Source: Nymphaea colorata (taxonomy: Eukaryota). Taken from it: a DNA stretch of 64,000 nt. The translations under genes and the position numbers were made by a program. Below are positions 25,867-37,135 of the stretch, in pieces. The notes under the pieces were generated by a model. It made no database searches. It worked only from the letters and a program-made list of their open reading frames with translations, and was not told where the DNA came from. Within the stretch, counting starts at the first letter, position 1. Every line of letters starts with the position of its first letter. The stretch is from the NCBI RefSeq assembly GCF_008831285.2, contig NC_045138.2:24614001-24678000 (forward strand). Direction: 5' to 3'.

Positions 25867-28800
25867 TTAATACACTGCCTTAAAGGCAGTCATCCCAACT
25901 AAGTCTCTACACATGTCATGCTTCTCTCTAGGTAGAGACTTCGTCATCATATCTGCAGGATTCTTCTCTGTCTGTATCTTCTCTAACTGAATCAATTTCT
26001 GCTCAAGCACATCACGAATCCAATGATATCTAACATCAATGTGCTTGGTCCTTGAGTGGAACGCTGAATTCTTCGCCAAATGTATAGCGCTTTGACTATC
26101 ACAATGCAACACATAGGTCTTCTGACTAAGGCCTATGTCATGAAGAAAACTCTTCATCCACAACAACTCTTTACAAGCTTCAGTTGCTGCAATATATTCT
26201 GCCTCTGTAGTGGAAAGAGCAACACACTTTTGCAACCTGGACTGCCATGATACAGCTCCCCCTGCAAAAGTAAAAACATAACCAGAAAGAGACTTCCTAG
26301 AGTTCAAGTCACCTGCCATGTCTGCATCAACAAATCCTTGTATCTCTGGATTAGATTCACCAAAACATAAACAGTAAGTACAAGTACTTTTCAGATACCT
26401 TAGGATCCACTTCACTGCTGCCCAATGCTCCTTGCCTGGATTTGACAAGAACCTGCTAACTACACCAACTGCATAAGCCAAGTCTGGGCGTGTGCAAACC
26501 ATAGCATACATAAGACTCCCTACTGCGGAGGCATATGGAACATTCTCCATTCTTTCTTTCTCATCTACTGAAAAAGGACATTGTTCATTTCCCAATTTAA
26601 AATGTGCTGCTAAAGGTGTACTTACAGTTTTAGCATCTTTCATGTTGAACTTGCTAAGCACCTTCTCAATGTATTTCTCTTGTGATAACCACAACCTCTT
26701 GGTCTTCCTATCACGAGCAATCCTCATGCCTAACAATTGTTGTGATGGCCCCAAGTCTTTCATATCAAAGAACTTGCCCATATCGATCTTCAATTGGCTA
26801 ATCAATTGACAATCCTGTCCAACAATAAGCATGTCATCTACATATAACAATAAGATAATGAAGCTACCTGATGAGAACTCTCTGATGTAGACACAATGAT
26901 CTACAGCTGACCTGCGATACTTTTGATTTATCATAAATGCATCAAATTTCTTGTACCACTGTCTAGGTGCTTGTTTAAGTCCATACAAGCTTTTCTTCAA
27001 CTTACAAACCATGTGTTTCTTCCTGGCAACCACAAAACCTTCTGGTTGTGTCATGTAGATTTCTTCCTCTAGATCTCCATGAAGAAAAGCAGTTTTTACA
27101 TTTAACTGCTCCAACTCCAAGTCTAGACAAGCCACCAAACCAAGTATTACCCTGATAGATGACATTTTAACAACAGGAGAAAAAATTTCATCAAAATCAA
27201 TACCTCTTTCCTGCTTGAAACCTTTCACCACTAACCGAGCTTTGTATCTCAACTTGTCTTGACCTTCATTTTTAAGCTTGTAGACCCACTTGTTCTGCAA
27301 CACTTTCTTACCTTTTGGTAGCTCTACCAAATCAAAAGTGTGATTCTTGTATAAAGAATTCATCTCATCCTTCATAGCTTTAATCCATTCATCTTTATGC
27401 ACATCATCTAGCACCTCTGCATAACATTCTGGCTCTCCACTATCTGTAAACATAATATATTCATCAGTAGAATATCTAGTAGATGGTATACGTGTTCTTT
27501 TACCTCTACCCAATTGCTCCTCAATTGGCTCTGAATGCGAAGGAAGCTCCCCCTCCAACTCATGCTCATAATCAGTTTGAGTCTCTATAGGGCTGCCATC
27601 TGTATACTGCTCATCTGTCTCTCTTTCTTCTTCCTCTACATCTTCATCAGTCTCACCATGCTCAGATGAAAGTTCTTCAGGTTCTGCATAGGTTGGCTTA
27701 TGAACACCACTAGCATTCACACCTGACTTCGTGTCTCCCATGACATCTTCAATAGTCTGATCCTCTCTGAAGACAACATCACGACTCCTGTAGATTTTGT
27801 CATTCTTTGGATCCCATAACCTGTAACCAAATTCATCATCTGCATAACCAAGAAATATCAGAGGAATAGCTTTATCATCTAGTTTGGTCCTATGTTCTTT
27901 AGGTACATGCATAAAAGCTTTGCAACCAAAAACTCTGAGGTGATCATACTTAACTTCTTCATCTGACCAAACTCTCTGTGGAATGTCTCCATCTAGAGGC
28001 ACTGAAGGAGACCTGTTTATTAAATAAACTGCAGTACGCATTGCCTCTGCCCAAAAATATTTTGGCAACTTAGAGCTAGATAACAAACTTCTAACTCTCT
28101 CGATTATTGTTCTATTCATCCTTTCTGCAACTCCATTATGCTGTGGAGTATAAGGAACTGTCTTTTCATGTCTAATACCATGCTTTAAACAATAATCTCG
28201 TAAAGAAGATGCTATGTACTCACCACCATTATCTGTACGCAGTCTCTTCATCTTCTTACCAGTCTCACGCTCAACCGCTGCATGAAAAGTCATGAAGATG
28301 CTACTTACTTCACTTTTGCTTTTCATTGTAAAGGCCCACACCTTCCTAGATGCATCATCAATAAATGTAACAAAATAGGATGCTCCACCTTTAGATGTCA
28401 CATTTATAGGTCCACATACATCTGAATAAACTAAATCTAAAACATGTTTAGTTTTTGAAGAGCGCTTTTTCTGAAAGGAAACTCGATGCAACTTACCAAC
28501 CAAACAATGATCACATGGAGATATCTGTGCACCTTCTGCCTTTGGTAACAAATTCTTCTTGGTAAGCAAGTCGATTCCTCTTTGACTCATGTGACCTAAC
28601 CTCTTATGCCACAAATCTGACGAAGTACCACCAGTAACTGCATTGACATCTACACTACTGATTCGAGACTTCATCCCATACAAAGAGCCAAATCTGTCAC
28701 CTCTAGCCAACACTAGTGCCCCCTTGGTAAGTTTCCAACCTGTCTGACTAAACGAAGTACAATATCCATCTTCACTTAGTCTTCCTGCAGAAATCAAATT

Positions 28801-29877
28801 CATTCTCAAGTCTGGAACATGTCTCACATCTCTCAAAGTCAACTTGCATCCTGTGCTCGTCTGAATGCAAACATCTCCTATCCCAACAATCTTCGAAGTG
28901 TCACTGTTGCCCATGTGAACTACTCCAAAATCACCTGCTCTGTAGGATAAGAATAACTCTCTACATGGTGTGGCATGATATGATGCCCCTGTATCTAAAA
29001 TCCATGTAGAATCACCATTCTGAACTGTAAGACAATCATTTTCTTCAGATAAAAATAACACTACCTCATCATCTGAAGCAACTGCAGTGTACTCTTTTAG
29101 CTTCACATTCTCTTGAATCTTCTTTTTTTGCTCTTTTTCTTCTTTCCATTTTCTGCAATCAATCTTCTTGTGCCCTGGAATACCACAGTGAAAGCATTTA
29201 CCTGTCATCTTTGGTCTTGATTTGGACCTGGATTTTGATCTGTCTTGCCATTTGTTACGGTTCTTCTGTCTGCCCCTGTCTCCCATCACTAGCACTTGCG
29301 AGCTACCAGTACCAAGAGACTTTCTCCTTGTTTCTTCATTTAGAATGCTGCTGGTTACATGCTTCATCGTAAGCACACCATCTGGAGCGGAGTTGCTCAA
29401 AGAAACAACTAAAGTCTCCCAACTGTCGGGAAGAGAACTGAGCAACAAGAGTGCCTGTAACTCATCATCTAATATCATTTTCATGGCTGACAACTGATTG
29501 ATTATGCTTTGTACTTCATTCAAATGCTCTGACACTGGTTTTTCCTCTCTAAGTTTCAGATTTACCAATTGCCTAATCAAGAAAGCCTTGTTCCCAGCTG
29601 TTTTCCTCTCGTAAAGATCATGCAACTTCTGCCATAACGACTTAGCGCTCGTCTCTGCGGATACCAAATGAAAAACACAGTCATCTAACCATTGTCTGAT
29701 GGTGCCAATGGTTTTCCTGTCCAATAACTTCCATTTTTCATCTGTCATATTCGCTGGCTTTTGGTTCTCAATTGGTGCATACAGGTCTTTACAATACAGC
29801 AAATCTTCCATTTTCGCTTTCCATATAGTCCAATTGTTTCCATTTAAAGAGACCATTCTAGTAGGGGTCGACTCCAT
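25867..29877 (-). CDS. Copia gag-pol polyprotein (Gag, Zn knuckle, protease, integrase, RT, RNase H), 1336 aa
   Basis: CFHCGIPGHKKIDC knuckle; WILDTGASYH protease; LWHKRLGH/CDHC, DVCGP, TDNGGEY, NGVAERMN integrase; KARLVVKG, QLNVKTAFLHG, YVDDML RT; DADMAG, STTEAEY, CDSQSA, NPADMMTK RNase H. Domain order is copia-type. Confidence 0.97.
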   Translation of the reverse strand: MESTPTRMVSLNGNNWTIWKAKMEDLLYCKDLYAPIENQKPANMTDEKWKLLDRKTIGTIRQWLDDCVFHLVSAETSAKSLWQKLHDLYERKTAGNKAFLIRQLVNLKLREEKPVSEHLNEVQSIINQLSAMKMILDDELQALLLLSSLPDSWETLVVSLSNSAPDGVLTMKHVTSSILNEETRRKSLGTGSSQVLVMGDRGRQKNRNKWQDRSKSRSKSRPKMTGKCFHCGIPGHKKIDCRKWKEEKEQKKKIQENVKLKEYTAVASDDEVVLFLSEENDCLTVQNGDSTWILDTGASYHATPCRELFLSYRAGDFGVVHMGNSDTSKIVGIGDVCIQTSTGCKLTLRDVRHVPDLRMNLISAGRLSEDGYCTSFSQTGWKLTKGALVLARGDRFGSLYGMKSRISSVDVNAVTGGTSSDLWHKRLGHMSQRGIDLLTKKNLLPKAEGAQISPCDHCLVGKLHRVSFQKKRSSKTKHVLDLVYSDVCGPINVTSKGGASYFVTFIDDASRKVWAFTMKSKSEVSSIFMTFHAAVERETGKKMKRLRTDNGGEYIASSLRDYCLKHGIRHEKTVPYTPQHNGVAERMNRTIIERVRSLLSSSKLPKYFWAEAMRTAVYLINRSPSVPLDGDIPQRVWSDEEVKYDHLRVFGCKAFMHVPKEHRTKLDDKAIPLIFLGYADDEFGYRLWDPKNDKIYRSRDVVFREDQTIEDVMGDTKSGVNASGVHKPTYAEPEELSSEHGETDEDVEEEERETDEQYTDGSPIETQTDYEHELEGELPSHSEPIEEQLGRGKRTRIPSTRYSTDEYIMFTDSGEPECYAEVLDDVHKDEWIKAMKDEMNSLYKNHTFDLVELPKGKKVLQNKWVYKLKNEGQDKLRYKARLVVKGFKQERGIDFDEIFSPVVKMSSIRVILGLVACLDLELEQLNVKTAFLHGDLEEEIYMTQPEGFVVARKKHMVCKLKKSLYGLKQAPRQWYKKFDAFMINQKYRRSAVDHCVYIREFSSGSFIILLLYVDDMLIVGQDCQLISQLKIDMGKFFDMKDLGPSQQLLGMRIARDRKTKRLWLSQEKYIEKVLSKFNMKDAKTVSTPLAAHFKLGNEQCPFSVDEKERMENVPYASAVGSLMYAMVCTRPDLAYAVGVVSRFLSNPGKEHWAAVKWILRYLKSTCTYCLCFGESNPEIQGFVDADMAGDLNSRKSLSGYVFTFAGGAVSWQSRLQKCVALSTTEAEYIAATEACKELLWMKSFLHDIGLSQKTYVLHCDSQSAIHLAKNSAFHSRTKHIDVRYHWIRDVLEQKLIQLEKIQTEKNPADMMTKSLPREKHDMCRDLVGMTAFKAVY

Positions 29878-29966
29878 CCTTTAATAAGAATGCTCACAAC
29901 CACGCTGGCGCTAACCTGGCGCTAACTTGGTGCTAACCTGGTGCTAACCTGGCTCTGATACCACTT

Positions 29967-30654
29967 TGTTATAGTCGTGTCCCCCAACAAGAATGCTTCA
30001 ACAACAATAAAATAGGGCAAACCACCACAAAACTGCTGAAAAACGGAATTACAGGGCAGCGTGCATAAGATCGAGATTCCAACACCAATGTTGCAGCAAT
30101 ATATATCAAAATATATGCTAGAGATGCAAGAAAAAGGAGACACCAATTTACGTGGAAAAACCCCCAATAATGGGGTAAAAAACCACGGGCAAGAGAGACT
30201 TTCTATATATCAAGAAAAGGAGCCAAATACACGAGCAACAATATCCCTACTGTTTTAAGAAAAACAGTGAACTCAAGAGAGCAATAACAATCTCTTATAC
30301 GAATGAAAGAAAGAGCCCCAAAGATTCAAGAAAGAAATCACCCAATGAAGACTCCCTTCATTTTCTCTTTCTTCTTTGTCTTTCCTCTTTCTTCTTGGCG
30401 TGCCAATCGACCCACGCACCTTGCTGCGATTTCTCCTTCTTCTCCTCCTTGCCTTTCTCTTCTTCCTCTCCTCTTGATGTGAGCAGCCACAAGAGGAAAC
30501 CCTCTTCTTTTTCCCCAAATGAAAAACGAGAGAGAGAGATGTGTGAGGCGTCGTGAGAGGGAGGGGCACCATCGGGTGCCTTCTCCTTCACCCGCCCGTC
30601 ACTTAAGTGACGGGCCGGGTCGGGTCCTCTTTTGAGGCTGGACCCGACCCAACA
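29967..30654 (-). repeat. 5' LTR of the copia element
   Basis: Direct repeat of 25127-25814; adjacent to the tRNA-iMet PBS. Confidence 0.97.
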
Positions 30655-31611
30655 CAGGCTTGGCTAATCTCATGGGTTTTTATAGACCACCATTCTCAAT
30701 TAATGAGTAGTTTTTTTATTTAATCTTGTGGACCCTTTTACAATTACAAAATGTAGAGATAGGGCTTTGTAACTGCAACTGGACCCTTTTACAAATACAA
30801 AATGTAGAGATAGGGCTCAAGGCCACTATCCCAACAATATTGTGCACCCATAATAAGTTTGTAGGTGTAATGGATCATGGAGATATACTTGATCCATGAG
30901 ACGAAAGCAGGAACTCGTTGAACATAAAACCCTGCTGCCAACATGAAGGTGAGCATGATGATGGAAGCGAGAGTGGATGCAGTCTTAACGTCCATGAGCA
31001 CTGCCCCGAGCATTAGTCCTTGGCCCTCGACGATGAAGACAGAGAAGAGGATGCTGAAAAGGGTGATGAAGAATCGAAACGCAGCAGGGTACCTCCCATC
31101 CAGTAGGTTATGATCATGAAGATGGTGGGTAGAACCAATTCCGTCGGAAGATCAGCCGTCATGTACGCCATGAAGTAGGAAGAGATGCGGTACATGCCTG
31201 AAGCTCGCTCTTTCATCAGCATCCTTCGCTCATATGGGAATGTGAAGATCGCCTGGAAGAGAGGGTAGAAGACCCATAAGCCAGTGCAGAAGAACAAGAG
31301 ACCCACCCACTAGGAATAGAAGCACAGAACAGTACCAATTGGAATGATCAATTAACAAACACTGTCACAATGAAAATCTTCTATATGCACATGCAGAAAA
31401 TCTGAAGATTTTTAGAACTTTATGCTGCAGAAGAAGTGTTTTTAGAATAACCCTGGCCGGCGGCTGGTTGTTGCCCCATGTCGATCTAGTGTTTGATTAA
31501 GTTAGACCTTGCAACGGAGGAACCTTCAGATAGGGTGCCTGAATGCCTCTTGCTCCCAACGGTGCGTGCAGGCAAAGGTGAATGTCAGAGTTAGTAGATG
31601 CTGCTTCTCTC

Positions 31612-31800
31612 AGGGGAGTATGACACACTTTATCTCCCATCCACAAGGAGTAGCAGATATCGGTGGCCGGGGTTCAGGTTCCACCCGAGTTGCTTCCCCA
31701 GTATCTCCTCCCCAACACTCTGGGCATGGCTTTTCACCGCAACGTAATCGCAGACATCATCCTCTACAAATATAACCCATGGGCCCTACCTCGTACACAT
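31612..31800 (+). pseudogene. Degraded inverted copy of the 23.7 kb NAC exon 1 remnant
   Basis: ccggggttcaggttccaccc (GFRFHP) and tatctcctccccaacactctgggcatggcttttcacc...ctctacaaatataacccatgg, which is the reverse complement of 23670-23800 with deletions. Confidence 0.75.
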
Positions 31801-31917
31801 ACGACCATTACGACCATTGGAATTCATTTTTTCAACTACTGATCAGCAAGCTGAATTTGGAGTTTTCAAGTCTTTTTAAATAGACACTCGTAGAATGTGG
31901 TTACCAAGCATCTAACA

Positions 31918-32229
31918 TGTAACACCCCATATGTTTAGTCCCGTATCAAAGATTGTGAGGGATCTTCAAGGGCTTATAAAGGGAGGATTTAATGAGATGA
32001 TTGTCCTGGTTCCTAGCCTTTTTAGGATTGAAACCGAAATTGTTAGGGAGGCGGGTTGGGATCCGTCGAACCAGGGGCCCGAGCCCGGGAGTGGGTCGGG
32101 TTGTTATAATGGTATCAGAGCAGTTTCAACACTCGGACCTAGGGTCCCACACGCGCAGTCCCGTATCAAAGATTGTGAGGGATCTTCAAGGACTTATAAA
32201 GGGAGGATTTAATGAGTCGGGTTGTTATA
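31918..32229 (+). mobile_element. TRIM, same family, with internally deleted 3' repeat
   Basis: 5' repeat 31918-32108; perfect PBS TGGTATCAGAGC at 32110-32121; truncated 3' repeat ending GTTGTTATA; TSD TAACA (31913-31917, 32230-32234). Confidence 0.85.
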
Positions 32230-33020
32230 TAACAGGTATGCAACATAGTTAAAGAAAACAAAGAAAATTTACATTTTTACTGTAAATTCAAATGTGAGCT
32301 TATGGTAACCTATGCCGACAAATGATGGCCACGTCCAGTCAAAGTTGTCGTTTTGAAACTTGTGGGATGTATTTTCAAGCTGAAAGACTGTCTACTGACT
32401 CTTGGAAAAAAGGAAAGGACATTACCGCAAGAACCTAGAATGGTCATAAGCATTCAAATATTCGTCTTCATGTGACTGGCCAACACAATTTCTTATATAA
32501 AGTTTTGCTTTTTGTTTCTTGTACAAGTCACACTATTCTAATTATGTTCAACATTTTACACAAACCATTGTTGGATCAGTTCATTTGGACGTATAACCAA
32601 AACTTCATAAAAGCTTGAGACAGTGCTGAAGTTCCTTTTGTTTTTTCCTCTCATACTGAACGGAGGCTTCTACTTATACTTTTTCAAGGTATGAAATTTT
32701 GAAACGTATCAGTAAAAATTCTTTAGGGTAAAGATATTATTTGAAAAAAAAAATGACTACCTAAAAAATGAACTCATTTGGCCCTCTATATAGGGAAACA
32801 GGTCTGCCGCTTAGCTTTTTATCATTTGAGACGGATGATGGTGGTCTGTCGTTAAGTTTGTAATTGCAAAATAAAACTTTTTATGAGCTTTGATGATGTC
32901 GAACAAGCCATATGAATTAGGCAATTCGGGCTGACACAGCTACACTGGTATATAAATTCGATATACGTATGAAATCATTTATATATTACACCTAACATGG
33001 ATGTGATTTATATGATTAAT

Positions 33021-33228
33021 TTAGTACAGTAACTGTCTGTACAGAATGGCAGCTATAGAAAATAGTCTTGCCGGCAGATTAGTCGCTGCTACTGCTGCTG
33101 CTGATGGTGAAATGTTTGCTCCCACCTCTGCCTCTCCCACATGCCCAGCAGTTGAATCTGCCCATATCCGGGCAACTCCATGAAGAAATCGTTGGGGAGC
33201 TCCAGAGGACCAGAACCCACTAATCCAA
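33021..33228 (-). pseudogene. Orphan diverged NAC exon 3 remnant
   Basis: Acceptor ttttactacag followed by TTG GAT TAG TGG GTT CTG (LD*WVL, compare LDD/EWVL), then NDFFMELPGY matching [10 protein letters not shown] in the C-terminus of the intact paralogs. Confidence 0.6.
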
Positions 33229-33716
33229 CTGTAGTAAAAGGACATGCATCACCACACGATGTTAACTTTACTAATGCATACTAGTATAAAAGATGAATAA
33301 ATACCTAGTTTTCTTCCCAATCGTATTTATTAATTCTAAGACGGTGGCATTCCATCAATTCTATTACTGCAATTCCTGACCCAACCAATGAGCCTAAAAT
33401 CAAATCTTCTGTCCACAAAAATCTCGAGATTAAACTCCGGAGCAAAAAAGTCTGATCACTTCCAATGTTGGTGCCCACAGAAGTCAACCGCTCATTGGTT
33501 TCCCGCATGTGTACACATGACAATCTCATGAAAAAGTATATATGCCAATCAATTAACAATCGATCGTGCTCCAAATGTCGTATATTTATGATCCGGCAAA
33601 ATTGTCCAGGTATGATGTAAAAATGAGGTTAAAGCCAAATCGACTTGGATGGCAGCGCCACGGACAATTAAGTTGCCCATATTTTCTGATCACTTCTCTT
33701 TGTTGACCACTACCAC

Positions 33717-33830
<114 letters not shown>

Positions 33831-34499
33831 TTTAATATATACTGATTTTGTATAATGAAATGCTTCGAAAAATAAAGGATGCCTTTTTTCTTTTAAAGCA
33901 TACGCTAACTACACATTTCTGGCATTCAATAGTTGAAAGACATAGTTAAATAACTGGCATGTCAACTACACATTTCTGCCATTCAAATAGTTAAGAGCCA
34001 ATTGACACAATTAAATAATTATTACAATTTAAGGACCTTATATATACGCTTTTAAATGTGTGCATTGTACATGATGCATTAGTCAGAACGTTTCATAAGT
34101 GGTTAATACAATCCAGCGGATCAGATGCATTTTCTTCCGTTATATATAATCGGCCCTCCATTATCTCTATGTTTCGGTCAGAGGTTTACTTAATCATTTT
34201 GTAGGTGCCTTTGGACCTTCGTACATGCTTTTGAGGCTCGGTTGTGAAATCCAGTGTTTACTAAATCGTCTGAATTGGCTTATTCAGATAAAGTTGGTCC
34301 ATGGGAGACCGATCCAAAAGTGCCATATGTTGGTTTTTAAATATTTTTTAATATTTTAAGAACTTTCTTATTTTATTATCTTTAAACGTTTTTCTTCTTT
34401 TTTTAAGAAATGGTTTCCACTTGTTTTTTGTCAAGTTCTCACCAGTGAATCGGTATAGTCCCAAAACAGCAACCTCGCTGATTTGTCTCCTCAATTAAG

Positions 34500-36190
34500 T
34501 GTGCGGCTTAGGCTGAGCCAAGTCTGTAAACAAGAAAGTTCTTCGGGCCAGCCTGACCATTTCTCGGACAACAATATTGAGAAATTTTTAATATATTATT
34601 ATTATTATTATTATTATATATAATAAATGTCTTTTATTGAAATCAGGTCTGACCAGGTTAGGGCCACCAGCATGGCCCCTGGCCGATCCAATGCCCAGCC
34701 ATATATTTATGGGCTAGTTCATAGTTACTTGATCGTAAAATTTATGGGCTTAGAAGTGACTGTTTCACATATCGAAGTCTTATATAAACACAATGTTACA
34801 GTGTTTCATACATGAATATGCCTAAGTTTTCGAAAAGATACATTATATAGAATGTATAGATTGTTACCATTCCAAAACCTTGCGTGAACGTGGATTATAG
34901 TTGGAATTAGGCGTTCTTCTGACCTGGAACCGACCCTTTGCATTTCTCAACTGAAAAGAAAAGGGATTAGGATTATATATGTGCATTAAATCACCGACAT
35001 TATATTTATGTCTTAAAATATTGGATACCTGTTTTAAGGGTCGTTGAAGAAATTTTTATATACCACGCGATGGGAGCCGCAAATCAAGTACAGGGACTAG
35101 TATAATCACAAGATCAGCTCCAAGTTTTCAACTTTGGCTGCTAATTATATTGATTGGCTATCAAACTATATATCTCACATTTTATTAGTGAAAGTGATGC
35201 CCTAATTGACGATTTTGTAGAAATGTTGTTTCATTTACTATTTCAAATTGTCTTTTTTTTTTGGGTGTCCCATCAATATATATATATCATGAGCACGTGG
35301 TGGAGCCGGAACTAATTATGAGGGTGGATAAAAACTTGGAATGAAGACTTGTGAGCACAATTAGCTGGACAATATGTTAGGCATGTATCTACCAGTAGCA
35401 CGTAAGTCAAGAGTACTGTAGAAAAGTCGAAAGACCTTACAACAAGTATATGTCACTTCATGGAAAAAGTTCTCATATGATATGGTTAATTTAAGGACTG
35501 GCTACTGAGCTACTTTTCTCGCTCGCGCGTGAAAAGTACCCCTACTTTTCCGGTGAGAAATGGTCAAATAAGTTTTACTACCCAACAAAAGAATTATCAG
35601 AATTCCAAGAATTGACCGCAAAAAGAAGGTTAAACATAAACCGCAAGAGCAACGCTCAAGAAAACATGAACTTAGACTTTTACGGCCAGAGGCTCACCAA
35701 GTTTTCCCGTCTTCCAGTAGCCTATTACTTTGTTTCCTTCTGCATAAACCACCAATTAGGGATACGTACCCCATCGGTGCAAGTTCTTGAAATTTTGGGT
35801 TTTCCTTCTATATCAAGTCTGATTTCCTAGTGCGACGTTTGTAGCATCTGAATCCGAAATTGTTTACTTCCTGACCATCATCAATCGTCAACCATCCCCA
35901 CGAACGCCTCCCACTGTCCCACATATGTATGAAAGAACGGAGTTCTCATCCGCTGGTCGTGAACAAAAATATAGCGACGCCATATATAGTTAGGGTAAGG
36001 AATGTGGCACCCGGAGAAAGGGAGGCCAGGCTGCGTGTGGCATAGAACCTAGGTTGCTGCGAAGCTTACAAGGTCTTCCACAGTGGACTGCGGGAGGTGG
36101 CGGTTTGTTGTTTCTGCGATGGTTCTTCACTCGAAAACAATCAAACAGATGAAAAGGTGTGTGGCAGCCGGAAGAACAGTATTTTTGTTT
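34500..36190 (+). repeat. Additional partial copy of the NAC downstream non-coding unit
   Basis: Collinear with about 4540-6270 and about 42940-44400. Confidence 0.85.
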
Positions 36191-36492
36191 TTTTGTTGCT
36201 GATGCAGGAGAAGAATGCATCGGAGTACTTTGCTGTCCGCAGTGAACTTGTCCATGGTAGGGCCACCCCAGCCCGAGTTATTTAACACTCCTAGAAGAAA
36301 TGAACATGGATATTTCCGCCAAGAAATTATTAGAAAACTGAGAATCAACCATCATTTTCTTTATGTTCGACCAGAAACGAGAGGCTATTAGATTCTGAAG
36401 GTTAGTAGATGGTAGATGATGACGAGGGCGAACAATTCCATCTTGAATTGGTCCTACGGCAGGACGTCATAGAGCAGCAGCTGCCTGAGGGG

Positions 36493-37090
36493 TACTGGCG
36501 ACTTCATGGTGCTGTTTCGACCTTTGGATTCCCTTCTGCAGGCTGGTCCGCTTCTTGTAAGTTCGGCACAGAACCCAATCATCCAGCTACAGTGACCGCA
36601 AACGTATTCACCAGTCAGTGATAATTATAGCCTCCTAATTAAGCTTGACCGCAGATAAATAAAAAAGTTCTTTTCCAATAAATTGGTTCGATTCTAAGTA
36701 TGGTTTTATTAAATCTTACAAAATAAACATATATGTATACTTTATAATAAGTTGAAATTGTTCATTTGTCAATTTTATTATATGGGGAAACCACAGTTCA
36801 ATCCAGCCAGCCTGAGTCATAAAACTATATGGTGACGTGCATAATTTAGACATTTAGCAGAACAACCCGTTAGGAAAAGATTGCTGTTCTTGGTGTGGCA
36901 TATACAATGCCAGGTTATAACTTGAAACTCAAGTGAAAGAACTGCAGAAGGGTGGTCACTTACGCGTGGGGTTGCTTTCTTTTGTGGGAGGCAGCCATTG
37001 TCATCTAGAAGGAGCTGGTATTCGAGCATGATCCAGTTGGTCTTGCTCCCTTTTGGAGGCTTTGGTACATAGAAAACAAGCGCCTTTTGG
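36493..37090 (-). pseudogene. NAC pseudogene fragment (3' half of exon 2, intron 2, 5' part of exon 3)
   Basis: [25 protein letters not shown]...ATPR|gtaagt, an intron 2 homologous to the intact genes, then [15 protein letters not shown]. The rest of exon 3 is deleted. Confidence 0.88.
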
Positions 37091-37135
37091 AGGCTTTCGT
37101 ACATAGGCTGGTCCTTCTATGTACGGAAAAAAAGT

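Larger units (their letters stand above)
25127..30654 (-). mobile_element. Full-length Ty1/copia LTR retrotransposon (Tnt1/Tto1-like)
   Basis: 688-bp TG..CA LTRs at 25127-25814 and 29967-30654; 5-bp TSD CAGGC (25122-25126, 30655-30659); PBS TGGTATCAGAGCC at 29963-29951; polypurine tract at about 25826-25815; single gag-pol ORF. Confidence 0.97.
25065..30836. mobile_element. Older solo LTR (about 240 bp) interrupted by the young copia element
   Basis: Termini TGTTGG (25065) and CCAACA (30836), flanked by GTATT/ATATT (5-bp TSD with one mismatch) exactly at the ABCG AQ|Y break point. Contains an internal duplicated unit of about 37 bp at 30731-30817. Confidence 0.75.
24856..31306 (-). pseudogene. 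Second ABCG terminal exon copy, inverted, split by nested LTR insertions (coding parts 31306-30837 and 25064-24856)
   Basis: 31306-30837 encodes [10 protein letters not shown]...[14 protein letters not shown]...YKLIMGAQY with a frameshift. The reading resumes at 25064 as YSAHQTYDCSPGVACRVADFPMIKAVGLDRL...GYRFVAYLAL, a typical ABCG9/14/21 C-terminus. Confidence 0.85.

Noticed and set aside
26492..29884. Plus-strand ORFs overlapping gag-pol
   Set aside because: Antisense shadows of a long coding frame.
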